A DNA stretch of 62,684 nucleotides, the filler included, from Chiloscyllium plagiosum (Eukaryota), in assembly GCF_004010195.1 (NCBI RefSeq). It is 3 parts of one record of this genome, joined end to end, with 100 filler letters (N's around TTAATTAATTAA, not from the genome) between each part and the next. Parts side by side here need not be neighbours in the genome. Positions count along the whole stretch, not along the records: positions 1 to 23,997 come from NC_057712.1; positions 24,098 to 52,131 come from NC_057712.1; 1 more part is not named here. One strand, 5' to 3'. The notes beneath the pieces are model-generated. The model searched no databases, was not told where the DNA came from, and was given only the letters and a program-made list of their open reading frames with translations. A program made the position numbers and the translations under genes. Each line of letters begins with the position of its first letter. Position 1 is the stretch's first letter. This document shows, piece by piece, positions 13,331 through 24,751 of the stretch.

Positions 13331-13667
13331 AACCCAAGACTTATGTTGGTCCTTTTGATTTCAATTTAGTACTTTTCCAAAAATTCATCTATTAAGTTTG
13401 TTAGACATGACTTACTCTTTAGAAATTTTTATTGGCTATCTTTCATCCACTCAACTAATGAGTCAAATTGTTCATATAGATTCAAAGATCTTACTGGATT
13501 CTTGCTCTCACCTTAAAAAGTCACGTTTTCCAAATGTTCAAACTTATGGGATCAAGCATGCTTTGGAAAGTTGAAGTTGAAATATTTGAAATGGCCATCT
13601 CTACTTCCTTTAAAACAATTGGTCCTGTGGATTTGACAGTTGCTGGTGGCACAATTGTTTTTCTTAA

Positions 13668-14745
13668 GAGTCATAGAGATGTACAGCATGGAAATAAACA
13701 CTTCAGTCCAACCCGTTCATGCCGACCAGATATCCCAACCCAATCTAGTCCCATCTGCCAGCACCCAGCCTATATCCCTCCAAACCCTTCCTATTCATAT
13801 ACCCATCCAAATGCCTCTTGAATGTTGCAATTGTACCAGCCTCCACCATTTCCTCTGGCAGCTCATTCCATACACGCATCACCCTCTACGTGAAAAAGTT
13901 GCCCCGTACATCTCTTTTATATCTTTCCCTCCTCACCCTAAACCTATACCCTCTAGCTCTGGACTCCCCAACCCCTTTGCCTATTTACCCTATCCATGCC
14001 CCTCAATTTTGTAAACCTCTATGAGGTCACCCTTAAGCCTCTGACACTCCAGGGAAAACAGCCCCAGCCTGTTCAGCCTCTCCCTATAGCTCAAATCCTC
14101 CAACCCTGGCAACGTCCTTGTAAACCTTTTCTGAACCCTTTCAAGTTTCACAACATCTTTCCGATAGGAAGGAGACGAGAACTGCACACAATATTCCAAC
14201 AGTGGCCTAACCAATGTCCTGTACAGCCGCAACATGACCTCCCAACTCCTGTACTCAACACTCTGACCAATAAAGGAAAGCATACCAAACACCTTCTTCA
14301 CTGTCCTATCTACCTGCGACTCCACTTTCAAGGAGCTATGAACCTGCAATCCAAAGTTTCTTTGTTCAGCAACACTCCCTAGGACCTTACCATTAAGTGG
14401 AGAAGTCCTGCTAAGAGTTGCTTTCCCAAAATGCAGTGCCTCGCATTGATCTGAATTAAATTCCATCTGCCACTTCCCTGCCCATTGGCCCATCTGGTCC
14501 AGATCCTGTTGTAATCTGAGGTAACCCTCTTTGCTGTCCACTACACCTCCAATTTTGGTGTCATCTGCAAACTTACTAACTGTACCTCTTATGCTCGCAT
14601 CCAAATCATTTATGTAAATGACAAAAAGTAAAGGGCCCAACACCGATCCTTGTGGCACTCCACTGGTCACAGGCCTCCAGTCTGAAAAGCAACCCTCCAC
14701 TACCACCCTCTGTCTTCTACCTTTGAGCCAGTTCTGTATCCAAAT
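13668..14745 (-). mobile_element. 5'-truncated young CR1 LINE
   Basis: 238-aa ORF with SGVPQGSVLGPLLFVIYINDLD and KFADDTK; same family as 8793-10105. Confidence 0.93.
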
Positions 14746-15519
14746 GTATTCTTCTTGAACCTTGGTGAATTATTACTAGTGATTAGCTTCCTTAACATAT
14801 CTGTTATCTTATCCTCTTCAGTGAACAGTCAACAAGACTGCTTCATCCTAGTTTTAAATTGTAAGGTAACCTGCAAACGTTTTTAAAACAGCCATCAAAA
14901 AGTCTAACTTCTATCGTTCTTCAACCACACAAGCACTTTGCGACCAATGATATTTTCATTTTTTAATTTATATTCCTTTATTAAACCCAGACCTTGTGCC
15001 TTCCAAGGATATTCTTCACATTTTTCCTGGTCGTTGGATTTACTCTGCATGCTCTTTCTTTAGTTTATCATCACCGCACTTCATTTGTCAATCATGGCTT
15101 TCTCGTTTGGCGAGGAAAAATTTTACTCCTTAGGGATATATATTAGTTCTATCAAAGTTTATTTCTTTTTTTGAACTCTTACTGCTCACTACAGTTTTAC
15201 TGCATTGAAGCTTTGACCAGTATGCTGTAAACTGTTAACACTGCTATGATTAAGCATTTAGGTTAAATTTCTCTTTCTAAACCTAACATTAATTATAATG
15301 ATTAATAAATTCAATCTAACAGAAAAGCCATTTGGAAATCCGACCCTTTGCAAAATCTAATATGTCTAGTGTTCTTAATTACAAAAGATGGAGAAGCAAA
15401 TAAATTGAGAGGGAGCCTCAGTGTAGGAGCAACTCGACAAGAGGCTTATGACTTGATATTAATATGCTACAGACCATCACAGTAATATTATCCTACTAGC
15501 ATTAAAAAGTAAAAAAAGG

Positions 15520-16315
15520 AATTAATTTTGTAATAAGTTTAATAGTTTAAAAAAGACATGCACAACAGGAAGATACATAAGCAGCTGCATCATTCTAGAA
15601 ATACAAATATACAGGACTTCAAGCGATATATACAGTGCATAATTTTCACAATGTACAAATACTTAATATGAAATTTTAATCTCTAAATAGCTGATATTGC
15701 ATTGTGGAAATTGTGCAAAATAATTTGGCTGTTAGGGTAGACCACACTATACATTCTGTAATTTTGACTGACAATGCCCTCTATTTCAATGATGTTAAAT
15801 TATGAAGTCTGAGTAATAAACTAAACTTTGTATCTTCACAAAAAATATAAAATGTCTGTTCCCTATCTTACAAAAAATAGAATGAGATCCTGACTTTGGT
15901 GAACCACTGACTTTCTCATTTTCCTTCCCTACCTTTAACATATGAAGCTTGGCAAATAGAATTTGTATACCCCAACCAACGATTAAAGAGTATAGAGTGC
16001 ACCTGCAGGCATGGCATTTTAAATTTCATAATGCCAAATGTTTGGCAATGTGCAGAAAAATTCCTATAGTTCATCACATATACGTGATTAGTTGTACCAA
16101 AACATAACATTTTTTAAAAATGTAAATCACTAAAGTACACACACAGGCATAATGCTTGACATAAATATTCAGTGTATGCCATGCATATACAGATTGACTA
16201 CTTGACAGAAATTTGCATATGAACCTAGACAGAGTACTTAAAAATCAGAAGCATTATTTAAAATAGTTAAGCGATGAAGGCCTCTTCAGAAGCCATTTTC
16301 AATTTTCCAACTTCT
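15520..16315 (-). other. HACE1: Probable HACE1 3'UTR
   Basis: Repeat-free AU-rich stretch after the stop codon, ending at a poly(A)-signal-like hexamer; the end point is inferred. Confidence 0.6.
15538..15543 (-). terminator. Candidate polyadenylation signal ATTAAA
   Basis: Plus-strand tttaat; a U-rich tract follows on the minus strand (ttcctttttttacttttt). Confidence 0.5.
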
Positions 16316-16418
16316 TTATGCCATTGTGTAACCATAGCTCCCACAGTGCAATGCAACAAGAATTCGATCCTTCAAGTTCTCTTTGCTGGGATATTCTGGC
16401 AATTTTAACATATTGATG
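16316..16418 (-). CDS. HACE1: HACE1 terminal coding exon (C)[37 protein letters not shown]
   Basis: Manual translation; tctttcag acceptor; TAA at 16318-16316; C-terminus GYTMA as in HACE1. Confidence 0.97.
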
Positions 16419-17655
16419 CTGAAAGACATTTTTTTGAAGCAAGCATCATTATTACATGTCACAATATATTATTTTGGAACAATTAATCTAATAAAACAAT
16501 ATTTACAAAGTAGGCATGTAAGTAATGTGATGAATGCATGAAATAACCTGATATTCTATGTGCTTTTGTGTTATAAAGTCTTAGTCAAGCAATACCATAA
16601 CAATGAAGGAAATGAAGTCATAAAATGAACCAATCTTCTGGTCATTATTTTATTGAAAAAGTACATACTGCACTCAACGTTTCTGGAATGCTCAAATGAT
16701 GAAAGACGCTCCCTTAGAGAAATGCAAACATAGAAAATTATCCTAAAACACTTGGTACAAAAAGCCAATATTTGATAATATATTGTTGCATTGTTTTGAT
16801 TACAATTTGCGTATGCTCCACATGCCCAAAGATCTCAAGCTGATTTAAAAAGAATAAACATTAATACACATAAGAAATTGTGTTCCTTCTCTCCAAATGT
16901 TTCTTTTCTATTTATAGTTCCAAAAGTGCTCTTTGATTATCTCACATAAGTGGTAACCATGCAAAAAGTTGTAAAGGTGTCTACAGTTCCCTGAAATAGC
17001 TCAAAGAAAGATCAGGACTCCAACTTAAACTTGTAAGAACTGATTGAAATGCATGATGAAAACTCTAAAACATTCTATCCGGAACTAAAATAAACCTCAA
17101 GACTTGTGTTTCATGCCTTATGTGTTACCCTGATCTGAAGATATTTAATAATGTGTATTCTACAAATATCATAAATATGAATAATTACTGCATTGAAATA
17201 TCTATTAGCTATTTTAGCCATGTGACAATCCACATGACCAATAAATACTCTGAGTAATCGAAGTATGTACACGTTAAAAGGATACTAAAACTGAAAACAA
17301 AATGCAAATACAGTGGAATGTTTCATTTCCTGATGGAACTTGACTGAACTGTTCAGCATATTTTACTGGAGACGTTCTACATGAATTCAGAATTTTGAAC
17401 ACTTCCAGTACAACATTCAGTACTTTGTGATGTGGATCTACTTTATTTGCATTAATTCTGATGTCTGCATTTGTCTTCCTTCACAGTAATCTAAAGGCTG
17501 AAATCTCATGAAATTATCAGCTCCACCTACAGCAAACTGTACAAGGTACAATATTGCATTCCATAACAGATGAATTTGAAGAAAATCTTTGCTTTGCCTC
17601 ACCTCAGTTTACATAAAGGCATACTATATTTTGTCTTGCATGTGAACTTACATAC

Positions 17656-17769
17656 CAAGTACTGGATGTTGGTAAGAGGTTTGAAGTGTACGGTACAGCA
17701 GCTATCGTGAATTTTTGCAACCCACTGCCACCCATGAGATATGCGAAACCACCATGAGGGACTCTAGAG
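17656..17769 (-). CDS. HACE1: HACE1 exon (S)[37 protein letters not shown](C)
   Basis: Within ORF 17604..17834; ttttcaaag acceptor, GTATG donor; catalytic Cys codon split TG|C. Confidence 0.96.
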
Positions 17770-18529
17770 CTTTGAAAATATAAACATAGAAATTCATCAA
17801 TAATGTCAGTGAATAAATGCGCTAACATTGTCATAACAGCTCATAGAAGTATACTTCAGATTAATATAAAAATGTCACTTAAATTTAGAGTATCAGCTAT
17901 CATTATCCTTATTACCGACGAACAGTGATGAGCCCTATTCTTTTAATGTCCAAATTTAGGCACAAAGCCAATAGTAACAGGTAGGACAACAGCTTTTCAC
18001 TCCAATGGAATTTTAAGAACACCAAAAAGGGGCTTTGTGAAAGGCTACAGAGATCTGAAATGATAAAATAACCCTGGTCATTCTACCGTTATCTTTTCTA
18101 GTGAAAGCTTCATAATTAAATGAGCTTTTAATGCTGTTACTCATAATAAATTTGTTTCAACAGGATTTCATCCTCTTATTAGGTGGAAAAACCTTACAAA
18201 AGGATTGGTTATCCCTGACTTTTGAATACTCTGCTGTGCATTTAGATTTATATGCCTAAAACACTAGGAATTCTTTCCCTAAATCTCTCCATTACTTCTT
18301 CCCTTATAGTACTCATTGAAACCATTCACTTTGTGCCAACTTCTGGTCTTCCATCTTACAATCTCAATGTGACTCTGCAGCAAATTTTGATTAGTAATGC
18401 TCCTATGAAATACTTTGAGTTGTTTTACTATGTTCACAAGTACCATACTAATATATGAAAACATTAAATTTATTCCAACTTTTTTGGTAGAAGTGAACAT
18501 CCAGCACATTCATATTTCACAAATCTCCA

Positions 18530-18787
18530 GAGAGTCATAGAAACAGATCTTTCTGACCAACTTGTTCATACTGACCAGATATCCTAAATTACTCTAGTCC
18601 GACTTGCCAGCACTTGCCATATCCCTCTAAACCTTCCTATTCATCTACCCATCCAGATGCCTTTTAAATGTTGTAATTGTACCAGCCTTTACCACTTCCT
18701 CTGGCAGCTCATTCCATACATGTACCACCCTCTGTGTGAAAAAGTTGCCCCTTAGGTCTCTTTTAAAATCTTTCCCCTCTCACCCTT
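18530..18787 (-). mobile_element. CR1 3'-terminal fragment
   Basis: Matches 13668-13940. Confidence 0.85.
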
Positions 18788-19163
18788 GTAGAAATTTACA
18801 GCACATAAGGAATCCATTCATCCCATCAGGTCTATGTCAGTTCTTTACTAGAGCAGTCCAAAATTAATACCACTGCCCTGTTCTTTCCACCTACATCTTG
18901 CTCTGTTCCAAATCTATCCATTTTGTCCTGAAACAATGATGTCTGCTCCATGGCTCATGAAACAATTTCACCAACTGCATCAGAAATGAATTTGAAAATA
19001 AAACATCACATTAAAGTCTACATTGCAGCAGTTTAACTGATTCATCTGGAATAACTCCAATATGGTACTTTGCACCAATAATACAAATTAAATCACACCT
19101 GCAGATCTTCAAATACATTATAGCCTCAGATCAAATTTTTTTTTAAAACAGAGAACATCTTAC

Positions 19164-19234
19164 CTGCCTGTAACAAATTGCAATAATAAAACACATTCTT
19201 CTTGGGTAAGTGCTTCCACAACCTCCCAGAACCA
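19164..19234 (-). CDS. HACE1: HACE1 exon WFWEVVEALTQEECVLLLQFVTG(S)
   Basis: HECT C-lobe motif WFWEVV...LLQFVTG; ttttcaag acceptor, GTAAG donor; 71 bp. Confidence 0.96.
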
Positions 19235-19770
19235 CTTGAAAAATAAGACAAGATTAACAATGACTTAAAATGTAACTTGCATGCAGAATTTGTGACATAT
19301 CTGATCATTCACATGTTCATTTTTATCAATACTATAACATACTTCCAGATTCAAATTTTCAAACCACTATTGAGACATTCAAACTTGTGTTCTCTGGAGA
19401 ACCAGTCCAGTATTATAACTACTACATCATTATAATACCAAAGGCAAAATACCATGGATGTGGAAAATACAAACTAAAATGTTGTGAACAGATCGCATTC
19501 TGCTTTTTGCTAAAATCACACCTACCTTCCATCCAGAGCATTACTTTTGCTTTTCCTTTTCAACTGTTAGAACTGTAACTTTTTCCAGATTTCATAAAAG
19601 ACTGCAGGCCTGAAACGTTAATCTGTTTGTCTTAACAGATCCTGGACAGCAGCTATAGAGTAGTTCCAGCATTTAGTGTTGACATGATAGTAGTGCACCA
19701 CATGAGTGTGATGTATAAATGAAAACAGCTTGTTTTCAGAGTACAAAGTTGTGCACGGCCATTTGACAGA

Positions 19771-19997
19771 TCAGGAGAAAGTGTGGATTGCAGATGCTGG
19801 AGATCAGAGTCAAAAGTGTGGCGCTGGGAATGCACAGCAGGTCAGGCAACATCCGAGGAGGAGAGTCGACGTTTCGGGCATGAGCTCTTAATCGGGTATG
19901 ACTTGATGAATAGCTTATGCTCGAAACCCCAATTCTCCTGCTGCTCAGAAGCTACCTGACTTGCTGTGCTTTTCCAGTGCCACACTTTTGACTCCGA
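19771..19997. mobile_element. Fold-back Penelope-like insertion (two inverted family A ends)
   Basis: Arms gagtcaaaagtgtggc... and ...gccacacttttgactc are reverse complements; 11-bp TSD catttgacaga (19760-19770 and 19998-20008). Confidence 0.8.
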
Positions 19998-20570
19998 CAT
20001 TTGACAGACCATTCAACTATGAAACCTACCATTGGTATTTTGAATACGGATTAAGAATGCTACTTTATTAAACAGTGACTACACTTCAAACGTACTTCAT
20101 TACCTTGCAAAGTGCATTCAGATACTTGGTGATCAGAAGTGCTAAATATTTAACTTGGATTCTTTTCTAAACTGTATTATAACTTAGAACATTGATTATT
20201 CAGACTATTCTTGAATAGAATTCAACCAAGGCTGCAATCATATAATACAGTCAAATTACTCTATAACACTAGTGATTTATGCACAATCGTAAATACTAAA
20301 TTATTTCACTATAATGTACAATAGATCAGAAATATCATTGTATGGTTAAGTTGCTTGTTGATGCATTTCTATGTCCAATCTTGTCTTTGATTCTTCTAAA
20401 ACTATTAGTCATTTCTCAAGTGTGGTACAATGCATGAGACAAAAAACTTCAGTTGAAGTCACAAATCAGTGCGGCAAAGTGACAAATACAATTTGGTGAC
20501 AAATACAATTTGTCACCAAAGATTTGCAAAGTTTCCAGAATTAAATTTAGATTATCTTTTGATCAGTGAA

Positions 20571-20710
20571 CTAGAGGAACCGCAATTATCTGAACAGCAC
20601 GAGCAGGGATAATCAAATGCCGGATAACACAGTTTAGCCAAGCATCGGGACCTTGCTGGATTATCCAAAGTTCAGATAATCGAATGCCGGATAATCAAGG
20701 TTCCAGTGTA
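20571..20710. mobile_element. Degenerate MITE, Tc1/mariner (Tigger)-like
   Basis: Imperfect terminal inverted repeats ggaaccgcaattatc and ggataatcaaggttccagtgta with internal gataat repeats. Confidence 0.55.
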
Positions 20711-20948
20711 ATCTGTTGCACTTTATTGATTATTTGTTTACTATTGTTTATTCTTAAAAGGATTTTTGTTGTGTTGTGTGCATTCTTTGTACAATTTATT
20801 TTTCCTGTGATTTCCATTAGTACTTGGTTCTGGCATTGATATAATATTGATGCCTAAATATCAAGGTAAGATGCCTAAGAATTAAGGAACACATATCAAA
20901 TAGATTCTATTTTAGGTTTTCCATTTTTCTAGCTGATACTAATGATAC

Positions 20949-21047
20949 CTGTATCACCGGGTCATCTTTTTCGTAGCCACTTGTGTATTCTGTATTCCGT
21001 TTCCAGTCAGCCACATCAATTTCTGGCATCCCAGAGAGGAGCAACTC
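20949..21047 (-). CDS. HACE1: HACE1 exon [33 protein letters not shown]
   Basis: Manual translation; tctctag acceptor, GTATCA donor; 99 bp. Confidence 0.96.
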
Positions 21048-22409
21048 CTAGAGATAAGAGAACAACAGAGATGGATAAGAAATACTTTTAAAAGCATGCC
21101 AATTTTATTTCTTGTTGAAATTATTATTCTGGTTCTATTGTAGATTTATTTTTACTCATCTATCCTTTCTTCACACCTGGTTCAATCAACTCCCCAAAGC
21201 TATTGCTCTTATCTTTTCTGGGGTTTCTTTTGCCACTCTCATAGCCTATTCTAATTTAAATCGAAGCCAATTTGTTTGACATTCTTTCTTGAGTCTGCAG
21301 TATCACTGATCTCCAGAAACCTGCATACTGTAGTTGGTTTTGATCAATTGCAACTGTCCTGAAAAGCTTTTAATTTTAGTTAATTGGGCTTCAATTGTCC
21401 ATAGACTGGCACACTTAGGAAAACTGGTGTTTTCGATTTCAAAGTGGAAGGAATGTTTCTAACAGGCTGAATGTGCAGACCACAAAAGCTCAATAATCAA
21501 GCTACAAGTTGCAAAATTAACCACTGTTCAAAAGGCCCAACTACACTTATTTAGTTGCAAAATAAAGTTTATTTCAATTAGAGGCTAACTAGATTATCCA
21601 CTGTTTTCACTGTGCCTGTATTTGTTAATCTAGTGCTAAAGAGATGCAAACTGATGTTTTATTTCCCCCCAATTTATTGCATGCAGGAACTACTGTGTTC
21701 AGAGGACAATTAAGAGTCAAATCATATTGCTTTGTATATGAAGTCACATATGCGCCAGAATACAAAAACTGTTCCTTACTCCTTGCTAGTCAGTGGAAGA
21801 ATGAATTTTTTGCCCAATTCTCAGATATGACTTTGGTGTTTAGACCATTTAACTAGGAACAGAAAATAAACTGAAACTTCGAGCCTCCACATTCCATTCT
21901 AGAAAAGGACCCAAGGCGTTTGAAAGGGGAACAAGCTGTATCTACAGAGGACTCAAACTCGCATCCATTCGCCAAAAGAACACAACACAAATCAACATAC
22001 CCCAATTCACAACAAACCCAAATCAGGAAAATAAAATAAATGGGCTATTTAAATGCTCAGATTGTTGTTTTCTCCCCATCATATTATGGTTTCCAATCCT
22101 ACATCAAGTATTCAATGTTTGAAAACATTTTATTAAAATCCCTTTATTGTTTTAAAGGGAAAAAAACTGCAAATAATTCAACCAAGGTCAGAGTTCAACG
22201 GAATTTGAGACTCTCATCTATTGAAATTTCTTGACCATATCTCTGTATTGCTTAATGAATCCTCAAAAGCACATTTTACATAGGAAGCAGCTAACAATTT
22301 CATTAAAAGATCTAAGTAAAATAGATAAAAGAACTTGCCATTGGGCTGCAGAGATCAGAAAACATGAAACTTGAACTTAGCCTGCTTCAAATATAGCACA
22401 ATTAGCAAA

Positions 22410-23528
22410 AAAAATAAAACATTTGGGTCTGTTGTTATGAGAAAATTGTTAATGGGGAATAAGGAAGTGGCATAAAAACTAGAGGAAGTACTAAAATAAA
22501 TCTGAGAAATAATGAAGAATCGATGGGCTAGTGTGAATGAGGAACTGCATTAGTAATTAATTTTTAAATCTATTGGAGAAATTTAATGGGACTTAAAGTA
22601 TATAAATCCCTTCGACCTGATACTCTGCATTTCAGACAATGTCCTTTTTATTCACTTGTTGGACATGGGAATCATTGGTTTGTCAGCATTTGTTGCTAAT
22701 CCCTAGATGCCATTGAGAAGGTGATGGTGAGCTGCCTTCTCGAACTGTATTCCACGTGCTGCACCCCACAATGTTGTTAATGATTTTGATCCAGTGACAG
22801 GAGAGGAATAGTGACATCTAAGTCAGGATAGCGAGTAGCTTGGCAAGGTATGTACAGGCGGTGGTCCCATGTATCTACTGCCCTTGTCCTTCCAGATGGG
22901 TCATGGCTTTGGAATATGCTTTGAGGATTCTGTGGAACTTCCGCAATGCATCTTGTAGATCTTACTGCTACTGAATTTTAGTGGAGGGGGGAGTGGATGA
23001 TTATGGATGTTGTGCCAATCAACCTGGTGTCGAGTCTCATATGTGTTTCTGGGAGCTGCACTCACCCAGGCATGTGAGGCGTCAGGTGGTGAGTTGCTTG
23101 CTGCAGTATTCCTGGCCTGTGACCTGCCTTTCAAGTCACCATATTTATGGCAACATCATTGAATGTCAAGAAATCATGGTTAGACTGCTTCTCATTAAGG
23201 ACAGGCATCATCTGGTATTTGTGTGGCATGAATGTTACATTTCGCTTTTCAGCTCAAGAAAGAATTAGTTGAAGAAATGGTGGACGCGGGATGCATTTTC
23301 TGAACTTTGGAATGGTTCTTGCAGTTTGGAAGGTGGAAAATATAACACTATGAAGTGAGGACAGACTGAGAAAATAGAGATCTGCAGACCTTAACTATTA
23401 CATTAACAGTCATAGGGAAAAAGACAGAAATTTATAAAACGTGATAATTGAGAAATTTAGAAAATAATAATAGGATTCGGTAAAATTAACATGGATTTAT
23501 GAATGGAAAGTCATGCCTGACAATTTTA
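22410..23528. mobile_element. Old CR1 RT fragments (+) interrupted by another LINE fragment (-, about 22640-23255)
   Basis: Degenerate KSP.PD.LH and QHGFMNGKSCLT motifs on the plus strand. Confidence 0.6.
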
Positions 23529-23832
23529 TTAGATTAGATTACTTACAGTGTGGAAACAGGCCCTTCGGCCCAACAAGTCCACAGCATCCCGCCGAAGCGC
23601 AACCCACCCATACCCCTACATTTACCCCTTACCTAACACTACGGGCAATTTAGCATGGCCAATTCACCTGACCTGCACATCTTTGGACTGTGGGAGGAAA
23701 CCGGGAGGAAACCCATGCAGATAAGAGGAGAACGTGCAAACTCCACACAGTTAGTCGCCTGAGGCGGGAATTGAACCCGGGTCTCTGGCGCTGTGAGGCA
23801 GCAGCGCTAACCACTGTGTCACCGTGCCGCCC
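23529..23832 (-). mobile_element. HE1-type SINE
   Basis: Reverse complement of the 10166-10450 family. Confidence 0.88.
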
Positions 23833-23871
23833 ACAAATATATTTGAGGTAAAAAATTCCCCCTCCTACAGG

Positions 23872-24205
23872 CAGCATCCAAGAAGCTTCGGAATAGACGT
23901 TTCGGGCAAAAGCCCTTCATCAGGAATAAAGGCAGTGAGCCTGGAGTGTGGAGAGATAAGCGAGAGGAGGGTGGGGGTGGGGAGAAAGTAGCATAGANNN
24001 NNNNNNNNNNNNNNNNNNNNNNNNNNNNNNNNNNNNNNNNNTTAATTAATTAANNNNNNNNNNNNNNNNNNNNNNNNNNNNNNNNNNNNNNNNNNNNGTG
24101 TGATGGTGGGGGAATGGGGGTGGAGTCATGAGCAGGGGTAGTGTTCCCCTTGGGGTTCTGGGGGGTGGGGATAGTGACAGTGGTGTCTGTGAGGGGCACG
24201 TCAGC
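23872..24205 (-). mobile_element. Penelope-like element (family A) spanning a scaffold spacer
   Basis: Hammerhead core at 23895-23923 and a purine-rich body matching 1-100 and 62400-62535; assignment of the part right of the gap is inferred. Confidence 0.65.
23998..24097. other. Synthetic scaffold spacer N44-TTAATTAATTAA-N44
   Basis: Exactly 100 bp, identical format to 52132-52231; palindromic 12-mer with stops in all frames. Confidence 0.95.
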
Positions 24206-24751
24206 AGTGGTGTACCACAGGGATGAGTGCTTTTGGCAGATGATGAACTAAGTGGCAGAGGGAGTTGAGAGGATCCAAGGAGGACTAAGTTAATGGGCAA
24301 ATATTTGGCAGATGGAATACAGTGTGGAGAAATGTGGGATTATCCACTTCAATAGGAAAAATGAAATACAGCATATGGACGTAAGTGGAGAGAGAGTGGG
24401 AAATGTTGAATTTCAAAGGACTGGATCCCTTGAGGGGTCATAAGTTATTGCAAGTTGACATGCAGGTACAGTGAGCACTTAAGGTGACAATGGGATATTT
24501 GCCTTTCTCACAAGAGGGATTGACAAAAGCAGCAAAAATGTCTCATTGCAATTACAGAAAACCTTGTTGAGACCACAAATGGAGCACTGTGTCCAGTTTT
24601 GGTATGTCTTTACTCAACAATAGAAACACTTACCAGAGAGGGAATGCAACAAGGAGGTATAAGGAAGGATGAAATAGACTTTACCTTTATTCCCCAAGAG
24701 GTGATCTTATTTAAACATACAAATTTCTTCTCGGGATTAACAAGGTATATG

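Noticed and set aside
24042..24053. Palindrome TTAATTAATTAA (also at 52176-52187)
   Set aside because: Centred in exactly 44 N on each side; a scaffolding linker, not biology
23998..24097. Possible misjoin at the first spacer
   Set aside because: HACE1 exon order, strand and phase are continuous across it
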